Source: Octopus sinensis (lineage: Eukaryota). From it: a DNA stretch of 64,000 nt. The DNA is taken from NCBI RefSeq assembly GCF_006345805.1, contig NC_042997.1, positions 53,444,001-53,508,000 on the forward strand, in the 5' to 3' direction. A program made the translations under genes and the position numbers. The notes below the pieces were generated by a model that saw only the letters and a list, made by a program, of their open reading frames with translations, searched no databases and had not been told where the DNA came from. This document shows positions 38,746 through 48,889 of the stretch, piece after piece. The number at the start of each line of letters is the position of its first letter. Position 1 is the stretch's first letter.

Positions 38746-39364
38746 AGGAAGAGGAAAAATCCAAAGAAGGGAAGACGGAGGAAAAAAAATCGCCAACGAT
38801 ACACATGCGGTCACATTTTTGTATATGTATATCTTCCCCCTCACACATTCATGTATACATATACATATATTTATACAATGATCTTCCATACAGTTTCCAT
38901 CTCCCCGTTTTACTAAAGATTTGGTCAGTTCAAGGCTATAGAAGAAGACACTCATTTGCAGTGCCATGGATGAGAATGAATGAACCTGAAATCCCAAGAT
39001 TGTAAAGAGAGCTTCTTAACTGCACAGTGAAGCTCATATTCTTGGTTTGAACTTTCAGAGGATGCTAATTTTAGTAGTCATTAATCATCCTTATTTTTTT
39101 TTATAAGGTCCAATCAGGTCAGATGTATGTGTGGAGTAGGCTTTGTTGATCTGCCTTAGTAATTGGGTCAGATAGGGCTCTTGGTAGACTGGAAGACCAC
39201 ACACGTGCATGCGTGCACACGCACACACACACACACACTCTCTCTCTTTCGCAGTGCTGCACAAGAGACAGTAAACAACAGTAGCACTAACTTGAGTGTG
39301 TTATTTTTTAGTGTATCAATCAATGGCTGTTTCATTATCATTCTGACATTATGATTAGATGCTA

Positions 39365-39411
<47 letters not shown>

Positions 39412-39412
<1 letters not shown>

Positions 39413-39587
39413 GATTGCCTTTGCACAGCCTCTAACGCTAGAGATGTACTACAGTGTCAGCTGTTCACTACCAATGAATTAGGTAACACCTCTTATTTTT
39501 CGAGCACCTTCTGGAGTATTCGAGCGGTTCCAAGCAGTGCTGTTTTCTGCAAGTGCTCCACCCTTATTGCAGCCCCTATTTGCTCCA

Positions 39588-39588
<1 letters not shown>
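39412..39588 (-). mobile_element. 3' end of an R4/Dong-like RLE retrotransposon inserted in a (TAA)n array
   Basis: Minus ORF ends VEQIGAAIRVEHLQKTALLGTARILQKVLEK* followed by a short 3' UTR. Perfect (TTA)n on both sides. Confidence 0.85.
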
Positions 39589-39638
<50 letters not shown>

Positions 39639-39711
39639 TACTAGGAGAGTGAGCTGGCAGAATTGTTAGCATGCTGGGCAAAAGTGCTTAGCAGAATTTA
39701 GTTTGTCTTCT

Positions 39712-39945
39712 AAGGCGGCGAGCTGGCAGAAACATTAGCACGCCAGGCGAAATGCTTAGCAGTATTTCATCTGCTGCTACACTCTGAGTTCAAATTCCGC
39801 CGGGGTCGACTTCGCCTTTCATCCTTTCGGGGTCGATAAATTAAGTACCAGTTATGCACTGGGGTCGATGTAATCGACTTAATCCATTTGTCTGTCCTTG
39901 TTTGTCCCCTTTATATTTAGCCCCTTGTAGGCAATAAAGAAATAG
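39712..39945 (+). mobile_element. tRNA-derived SINE (family B), nested in an older copy with a 15-bp TSD
   Basis: ggcggcgagctggcagaaac...gagttcaaattccgcc...gcctttcatcctttcggggtcgataaattaagtaccag. TSD tttagtttgtcttct at 39697-39711 and 39946-39960. Further decayed copies run to 40490. Confidence 0.88.
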
Positions 39946-40511
39946 TTTAGTTTGTCTTCTTGTTCTGAGTTCAAATTTCACTGTGATCAACTTTGCCTTT
40001 CAACTTTACCTTTCAGGACTTATAAATTAAGTACCAGTGAAACACTGGGGTCGATGTAATTACCTTGTCCCCTCCCACAAAGTTACAGGCCTTGTGCCTT
40101 TAGTAGAACGGATTATTATTATTATGAGCTGGCAGAATTGTTAGCATGCCGGACAAAATTGCTTAACAGAATTTTGCTTGTCTTCATGTACTGAGTTCAA
40201 ATTTCACTGTGGTTGACTTCACCTTTCTTCCTTTCAGTGTTGATAAAACAGATAGCATTTGAACACTGGGGGTGTTGTAATCAACTGACCCCACCTCTTC
40301 TGAAATTGCTTGCCTTGTGCCAAAATTTGAAATCCTCCTCCTTATCATCCTCATTATTATGCCGAGTTCAAATTTGCCTTTCATCCTTTTGAGATCAATA
40401 AAATAAGTACCAGTTGAAGACTAAGGGGTTGATGTAATCGACAATCCCCATCCCTCAAAATTTCAGGCCTTGTGCCTATACTAGAAAAGATTATTACTAT
40501 CATTATTATTT

Positions 40512-41270
40512 ATTGTCTTTGCACGGCTTCTAATGCTGGAGATGTACTACGGTGCCAGCTGTTCACTACCAGTGAACTAAGGTGGGCATGCTATATCTAT
40601 GATCCAGCATCATTTGCTTTCTTTCTCAATTAACACTATGTCTGGTTTCCTATTCTCTATCTCATGACACACTGAATCATAAAATCCCATAGGATCTTTA
40701 CATTATCATTTTCGATGATGCCTTCAGGTTTATGTTTGTACCAGGTTTTGCTCTGTCAAGTCCATACATGTTGCAAATTGTCCAATGGACAATCCTTGCT
40801 ATATTGTCATGGTATCTCTTATATTCTTTCTGGGCTAGTGGCATACAGTGACTGGTGATATGCCATACAGTTTCACCATTTTGTCCACAAATTCTGCACT
40901 TATCACTTTCTGATGTGTTATCTATTCTGAATTTGATATAATTAGTTCTTAATGCTTTCTCTTGAGCAGCACAAATTAGAACCTCTGTTTCTAGTTTTAA
41001 ATCACTTTTAGTCATCCACAGCCATCTTTTTTCTCTATCTGTCTTATCTTCAACATCCTTATGAAATTGTCCATCATTCTTTTCTTTATCCACTTATTTT
41101 CAGTTTCATTCATTCTCAAGTCCTTTTACAGTGCTTTATCTTTGCAATCTTCCATCCTACACAAGCCTGACCTTATTACTTCTAATAATAGTTGTTCTGT
41201 GGCATTTTTTACATGCTGTGTTTGCATCCAATGTGTCCTCTTCACCTTCTTTTTCTTGGTACATACAGTC
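40512..41270 (-). mobile_element. R4/Dong-like RLE retrotransposon fragment (CCHC knuckle plus restriction-like endonuclease)
   Basis: ORF 40698-41093 has LICAAQEKALRT...CRICGQNGETVWHITSHC...YKRYHDNIARIVHW, followed by NRKPDIVLIEK. Same 3' UTR as the 39412 copy. Confidence 0.88.
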
Positions 41271-41505
41271 TGTCTGTGTCACTTTTTGGGTGGAGTATCC
41301 CATATCTAGTCAGCAACTTCCTTGTCTTTCTTTTTGTTGTTGTTGTTGTTGTCGTCATCATTGTCGTCGTCCTCCTCCTCCTGTCAAATTTGCCTTTCAT
41401 CCTTTTGAGATCAATAAAATAAATACCACTTTAGTCATGTGGTCAGTGTAATTGACTTACCCTGTCCTCTGAAATTGCTAACCATGTGCCAAAATTTGAA
41501 ACTCT

Positions 41506-42125
41506 TATTACCTCTGCCTTAGCAAAAGCATTGTCTTCAGTCATGTTTGTTTGTTTGTCTGTGACAAGATATCTCAAGAACCGATGGTTAGATTTGGATG
41601 AAACTTTCAGGGATGTTTGACCTTTTGACTGGGATGAACTAATTATATTTTGGGATATATTCAGTACCAGACAAGAATTCTGGATTATTTGTTATATTTA
41701 CTTTACATGATTACAATCTTATGTTGACTTTCAAGTCTTTCTCAATTATCTCCCTTTAGGCTCTTTCCAAAGTTTTATTTTTGTTTCTCTATAATTAATT
41801 TTACTTGTGTCTCTGTCTTAGTAGAAACTGATGGATAAAGAAATCAAACTACATAAGCAAACGGCAGCAAAACTGTTCAGAAATTAAATAACACTAACAA
41901 ATTTTTATAATATATACTCTTTTATTCTTTTACTCTTTTACTTGTTTCAATCATTTGACTGTGGCCATGCTGGAGCACCGCCTTTAGTCGAGCAAATCGA
42001 ACCCGGGACTTATTCTTTGTAAGCCCAGTACTTATTCTATCGGTCTCTTTTGCCGAACCGCTAAGTGACGGGGACGTAAACACACCAGCATTGGTTGTCA
42101 AGCAATGCTAGGGGGACAAACACAG

Positions 42126-42162
<37 letters not shown>

Positions 42163-42852
42163 CATATATATGACAGGCTACTTTCAGTTTCCGTCTACCA
42201 AATCCACTCACAAGGCATTGGTCGGCCCAGGGCTATAGCAGAAGACACTTGCCCAAGATGCCACGCAGTGGGACTGAACCCGCAACCATGTGGTTGGTTA
42301 GCAAGCTACTTACCACACAGCCACTCCTGCGCCTATATATATATATTATATATTATACATACATATTAACACTTTACAGTATACTTACACATACATATAC
42401 ACATACATATACACATACATCTGTACATTGATCTAAAACAACAGGAATACTAAAAGAAGGCTGGAATTTAAAAGGAGAGTAAACTTAAAGGTTTCATTTT
42501 CATTTAAAAATTCCTGAGTAGAACTTATTATTATCTCCTCAGCCTTGGAAACTATTTTGAATGGTGAATTTGTTTAACTTTGATTTGTATGAGATAAGGG
42601 TAAACTATCTATTACTGTTACTAAATTTTCTACAGCCACCATCACATTCTATGACTACCATTGGGATCTATCAGGTACCGTACAAGGATTATTTTTCCGT
42701 GTTTTATTTTACTTAATTTTTGAGAGCAGTCAGGTTCATTTTTAGTATTGTCGTTTGTGAGAGCAGTCGAGTTTATTTCAGATATTCCCATTTTAAAAAT
42801 CATCTCTGGCTAATCGTTGAGAGGACGTCGTTGTTGCCTTGGTGGAGGCATT
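41506..42852 (+). mobile_element. Helentron-associated (HINE/DINE-1-like) element, interrupted
   Basis: 5' ttattacctctgcc...(gttt)n gtctgt...gatttggatgaaacttt and a 3' ccttggtggaggc inverted to the 5' end. Split by a SINE and other sequence. Confidence 0.45.
41915..42333 (-). mobile_element. tRNA-derived CORE-type SINE (family A), young full-length copy
   Basis: CpG-rich and complete from the head (ggcgcaggagtggctgtgtgg) to a tail with repeated gagtaaaa. Confidence 0.9.
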
Positions 42853-42935
42853 ATTATTATTATCATTATTATTATTATTAATATTATTATTATTATTATT
42901 ATCATTATTATTATATTTATTATTATTATTATTAT

Positions 42936-43142
42936 GGTGGCGAGTTGGCAGGTTCATTAGCATCCAGGCAAAATGCTTAGTGGCACTTTGTCTGCACGTT
43001 CTGAGTTCAAATTCCACCGAGGTCAACTTTGCCTTTCATCCTTTCAGGGTTGATAAATTAAATACCAGTGAAACACTGGGGTTGATGTAACCGACTGGTC
43101 ATCCCCCCCAAAATTTCAAGCCTTGTGCCTTTAGTAGAAAGG
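42936..43142 (+). mobile_element. tRNA-derived SINE (family B)
   Basis: Homologous to 39712-39945, preceded by (TTA)n. Confidence 0.85.
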
Positions 43143-43872
43143 ATTGTTGTTGTTATTGGTGTTGTTATAATTGTTACTTCTCACTAATACAAATAGATAA
43201 CAAATCTGAACCCCAAATACAAAGTGTGTGTGGTGTGTGTGTGTAGGAAGGGGTCAGTTAGAAAGAGGAATGAATATTTATTTAATAGCAGTAGTAATAG
43301 GGAGAGAAGAAGGAAGAGAAGAGGTCCAATGCCTGTTTTCTCAGCTGTTAAAATTTGTCACCTTTGTTTAATGAGGTCACTCTTAGCTGTGAATATTTTT
43401 CATGTGCTTTGTTTACATTAAGTCACTCATACATATAGAGAACATAAGAAAACATCACTACATTTGCTGCTGTTGCTGCTGCTACTACTGCTGCTAATCA
43501 CATACACACACTCTCTCTCGCTCTCTCTCACACAAATTCAGCCACCCATTTTATCTCAGTAACTTGCCCCCATATCTAGATGAATTAGACTGTTTACTTC
43601 ACTAGATCTGAATCAGACAATGACTCGATAAATGTAACATCTGATCAATGGTGTGGAAATGTCCCTTGGAGGCTTGCTGACCTTAATATACAGACTGTCT
43701 TATGTACAACTGCTAGCAGTGATCATGTAGCCACGTGCGTATATGCATACACACAGACACAGACACGCATGCACACAAACAAACACATGGAATAGAGCAG
43801 TAGGATTACTAATTTTTATCTAGGTCCTTTTAACAATTGTAAGGTCATACTGGAGTTGCAGCAGTGATGATG

Positions 43873-43929
<57 letters not shown>

Positions 43930-43948
43930 ATATATATATCTGCATATA

Positions 43949-43980
<32 letters not shown>

Positions 43981-44261
43981 GCAGATATATATAATATATA
44001 ATATAATACATACATACATACATACATACATACATACATACATACATACATACATACATACATACACACACACACATATATATATATATGTATATTATAT
44101 ATTATATCTGCATATATATGTATACATATATATATATGTATGTATATTATATATTATATCTATATATATATATATATATATATCATCATCATCATCATCA
44201 AAAAGTCTGTTGCTCTACCGACTGAGCTATATATTATATATATCTGCATTTATATATTATA

Positions 44262-44661
44262 CTAGCAGTATCGCCCGGCGTTGCTCGGGTTTGTAAGGGA
44301 AATAACTATATAAGCATTTTTAGAGATGTAAAGTATAATAGCCATCTCAATATGGCTAACCACAAAGGGGGGGGGGGTGTTACTGTAGCTTTTACATTCT
44401 GAGATTTAATAATAAATTTTTAGAGAGTTACTTCCCTTATATATGCCAAAAATGCATTAAAAAATGGGAAAAATTGATGGTAAATTTTTTTTTAAATCGT
44501 AGAATCATCGTAGATGCGCGCTAATACCCAGAAGGGCTCGATATGAATCACGACTATAAGATACCCGGTTTTGGTTAAACTGCACCGCAAAATGTGGGAG
44601 TAGTTTGGAATCTAAATCGTAGGAGACAGACAGCACACAACCTCTCTTTTATATATAAAGA
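44262..44661 (-). mobile_element. Non-autonomous Helitron with the same termini as 17598 but a different interior
   Basis: Minus strand A|TCtttatatataaaag ... aaacccgagcaacgccgggcgatactgCTAG|T. Confidence 0.85.
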
Positions 44662-44674
44662 TATTATATATATC

Positions 44675-44723
<49 letters not shown>

Positions 44724-44744
44724 ATGTATATTATATATTATATC

Positions 44745-44785
<41 letters not shown>

Positions 44786-44950
44786 TATATATTATATCTG
44801 CATATATAATTTCAGCAAAACAATTAAGATTCAAATGAATTCAAGTGAATATGGTACTTAACTTAGATGCACCAGAATTCTTTATGGTATTAACCATAAA
44901 AATATATGGGATGATTATAGCCAAGAAAAAAGTAACAACAATGGATCAGT

Positions 44951-45030
44951 AATTCGGTACAATTGTTTCATACTGAGAACATTTTTATTTGAAGCTGCAA
45001 ATATAATGTCCAGTATTCATCAGCCAAATC
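44951..45030 (-). ncRNA. Type I hammerhead ribozyme with an intact core
   Basis: Minus strand: GAUUUGG (stem I), CUGAUGA, AUACUG...CAGUAU (stem II, extended), GAAA, C-AAUU-G (stem III, palindrome ACAAUUGU), UA, then CCGAAUU (stem I'). All conserved core nucleotides are present, with a GUA cleavage triplet. Confidence 0.85.
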
Positions 45031-45104
45031 ACATATATGTTTTCCCACAATCCTAGAAAGTGTAAATATCCTTATGAAGCATTCAGAGTGAGATCCATAT
45101 CTGC

Positions 45105-45153
<49 letters not shown>

Positions 45154-45223
45154 TATATATATCTGCATTTATATATATTATATTATATATATCTGCATTT
45201 ATATATTATATATTATATATATC

Positions 45224-45264
<41 letters not shown>

Positions 45265-45373
45265 ATAAGATCGTTAATTTAAATTAAATAACAATCTTAT
45301 GTGGCCAGCATGGAAATAAAACGTTCAAAGGTAATAATTATTATTAGAATTATAACTTAGAATATCTACAAGA

Positions 45374-45599
45374 TATAACTTAGGGTATCTACGAGATACC
45401 GCCATGCTGAAAATAGCAGCCATGATCTGACTCTAAGACCACCTTAAGTGTTCATATAGCACAAGGAGAATTTTTTACTAGTTTATTTTGTCTTTTTGTT
45501 TTCTCTCCTTGTGTTATATGAACACTTAAGGTGGTCTTAGAGTCAGATCATGGCTGCTATTTTCAGCATGGCGGTATCTCGTAGATACCCTAAGTTATA
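45374..45599. repeat. Hairpin with 96-bp arms and a 34-nt loop
   Basis: tataacttagggtatctacg...cacaaggaga pairs with tctccttgtg...cgtagataccctaagttata. The single mismatch is a G:U pair on the + strand. Confidence 0.93.
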
Positions 45600-45629
45600 A
45601 TTTTAATATATATATTATATATATCTGCG

Positions 45630-45663
<34 letters not shown>

Positions 45664-45709
45664 GTCTGCATTTATATATGTATATATATTAAATATAATA
45701 TATAAATGC

Positions 45710-46870
45710 TGGGGTTCTGTATTTTCTGCGAGACTTTCGTATCATCTGCATAGCTTGCAAGGGTGGCTATCCGGGCACTTGAGGGCATATCTGAGAGGGC
45801 CACTATAAAAAAGTAGGGGTCCTAAGACAGTGCCCTGTGGAACATTGCTCATTATTTGTGTGTTCTTGGAGGTGGCTCCATTAGCCACTACTGCCTGACT
45901 TCTATCTTTCAGAAAGTCATGTAACCACTCTCCAAGTTTTTCAGCTATGCCTAGGTCACACAGTTTGTGGCATATCATGCCATGATCCACCTTGTCAAAA
46001 GCTTTTGCAAAATCAAGGTAGATTACGTCCACATTTGAGTTGTTGAGTAACTGCTTCAACACCCAGTCATAATGTTGTAAGAGCTGAGTCAGGCAGCTCC
46101 TACCTGGTCGAAAGCCATGCTGGGTATCACTCAGCAAGTTATTTTCTTCAAGGAATGCGATTAGTTTCCCTCTGATTATCCGTTCCATGACTTTGCTGAT
46201 GTGTGAAGTCAGAGAGATAGGCCTATAGTTTTTGGCATCTGCTCTACTTCCTCCTTTATGGATCGAGCATACTATTCCCTCTTTCAGCTTGCTTGGCAGT
46301 CTGCCATTTTCAAGAAAGTTCTGGAACAAAATCTTTAGAGGTTTTGCCAGGGAACGCTTACACAATTTGAGGAGGTTGCTGGGAAACCATCAGGACCAGC
46401 AGTTGAGTTTGCGTCCACCTATGCCTTGTAGTATATCTTCTTCGCTGATGTTGATGTATTTCATCGTAACTGCCTCGCTGGTTATAGGTGAGGCGGCAAA
46501 GAAATCCACTGGTTCGTTGACTTGTCTCTGTTGACTTGTCTGTGTTCAGTCACTGATCTTAGTTGGACTGTCTGTGAGGGAGCCATCCTTTTGGAAGAGA
46601 GGTCCTATCTTGCAGTGTACTGAGGCTGTTTCTTTCGCATAATGAAAGAAGGCCTTTAGGGTTGACTTAATGTTTTTTATAACCAAGGTTTCTTTGTCTG
46701 CTGTCTCCCTCACATAGGATTGTTACAGCCTTTTTTTCAATCGCCATCAGTGTTGTTTTTAGGTGAGACCTTTCGCTACTTTTGGGATGTTGGTTGAGTC
46801 GATTTGCAACCTTTGTCCGTCATCTCACGAGGGTCTTCCTCTCCCCTGGAATGTTGTTCCTATTTGTGTT
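45710..46870 (-). mobile_element. CR1-like LINE reverse transcriptase fragment
   Basis: ORF 45742-46365 has NYRPISLTSHISKVME, QHGFRPGRSC, YLDFAKAFDKVDH and VPQGTVLGPLLF. YADD follows a frameshift (tatgcagatgat at 45741-45752). Confidence 0.92.
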
Positions 46871-48544
46871 CCTATTTTAAGTGGTTGATGTTGAGGTGGA
46901 ACTCCCTTTTGTTAATAACTAGGAAAATCTTGGACAGAGAAAGAATTTCATTTCTGTTGCAAATGATGGAGTAGTATGCTACGTGTTGGAGTTTAGAAGT
47001 GAAATACAATGAGGACAAGGAATAGTAGGTGCATTAGATGAACTGAGGTGGTGCTGGATGATAGTTCAGATTATCATAAACTGTTAGCATTATAGTAGAG
47101 ATATAAATAATTGCACATCAATTGGTGGTAATTGATAACAGGGTTCTTTGTTGATCAGCATGATGGCTTTACTGTAAGTGTGGCCTTTGTGTGTATGTAG
47201 CAACAGTATTGCTTCAGTTATATGAGCAGTACACTAATGTGTGTTGTACTAAACCTTTTGTAGAATTTGATTTTACTTAGAGCATAAAGTGAATGAATAA
47301 TTTGAAAGCTTATGTAAGTAAAATAGCTACTGATATTTTAAAGTCACTGTAACAGTAGAAACACCAATAATCAGCAAAAACAAGTGAAGACTTTTAATCC
47401 ACAAAAAATTCAATATTGTTAAAATAAAAACATCAAAATCCAATTTTCAAGTGAAATCTATAAATACAAAAGTTTCAAAAGAAAAATAGATTAAACTACT
47501 AATACTCAGACTAATTAAGAATCAATTATTCATGTTCACTTTGTGTAAACAGATCTTTGATAATGAAAGTAATAAGAATTTGAAGATATTTGTACTGAAA
47601 TCATTAATTAAAAATAAGGAGGGAATGAAGATGGTCTATATATGGAAAGTTGAAAGTAAATTGGTTTAATTTTCCCTCATATATTCTATCAAAGAGGGGA
47701 ATTGAAATAAATGTACTCAAGGCAGAAAAAGAGATAATCAAACAATTGCTGACTGTTAGAGGAGCTTGGTGAGAATTAATGATAGACAGTTGAACTGTGA
47801 TTCTTCAAGAGCTGAACTTGAGGAATAAGGAAGAAAGACTTTGGAAATCTTTATTGCAAATATACATGTGGAAGAGGTGTTTTATAAGAAGAGTGGAAGT
47901 GCAAACCTTACTTTCAAAATCAAGTTGAATTTAATTGACTTTACCCTAGACTGGTATGTTGGGCCAGTGATAGAAGACAGAAGGTTTGTATCCTGGAAGA
48001 CATGCTAAATCTTCTTCATATCTCATGAGCTAATGAGGAAGCCTCTGTATGGTCACTCAACCTGCTAGAAATAGCAGCCAAATATTCCTTAAATCATACC
48101 TTACCAACTTAAATAAAGAACACCTTGGACAATATAGTCCCTCATATACATACAAATAGAAAGGATGGTCAAAGCTGGAAATCCTTTAATTGTTGGTCTG
48201 CTTGACTAGGGTTGACTTGGAGTTAAACAGCATATATAGTAAGATTTTCTTGGAAATTTACCTGTGAAGGATTAAATCTATTTATAAAGGAAATTTGTGT
48301 CTTACTATCTTCATGCTGCAGAATCTAGAGGTTTATGTCTTACTTAATTATTACTTGATGTTAAAATATTGTGCAAGGTACTGCATTTTATCAGGTTTGC
48401 TACCTTTCAGTTCTGAATCAGAACATTGTCCAAGAAATATTTCATTTATTTACTTTCAACTATGATTATTTTGAAATCTACTATAAAAATCATCTAACTT
48501 TTGATTTAACATTGCTAACAAAAACCAATTACGTTGTCTTTCAG

Positions 48545-48674
48545 GAATTGCAACATACTCAAAGACTGGAGCGTTTACGAGAAGAACAACAGGCTGTCAG
48601 GGATAAACTGACACAAAAACAGCAATTTGAACAGAATTTCAAGCCTTGCATTGTTTGTGGGGACAAAGCATCAG
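48545..48674 (+). CDS. NR2C/Hr78: NR2C/NR2D nuclear receptor, third coding exon (start of zinc finger 1)
   Basis: Acceptor gtctttcAG at 48544, then 130 nt ELQHTQRLERLREEQQAVRDKLTQKQQFEQNFKPCIVCGDKAS-G and donor G|GTTAAT, phase 1. CxxCGDKASG is the canonical start of a nuclear receptor DBD. Confidence 0.93.
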
Positions 48675-48889
48675 GTTAATATATTTTCTCTCTTCTTAAA
48701 TTCTTCTGAAATTTTTCTTCAGGATGTTACTGGTTGGAAGCTTATAACATTTTTGAAACCTTCTCTCTTGGTGCTGCTTCTGATTTTCTGATGCAAAACT
48801 GTCAATTTGAAATGTTCATATTTAAATTACAACATTCTACAGTATGGTGTCATAAGAAATGTTTGTTAAGGTATATTCAAAACACCATC

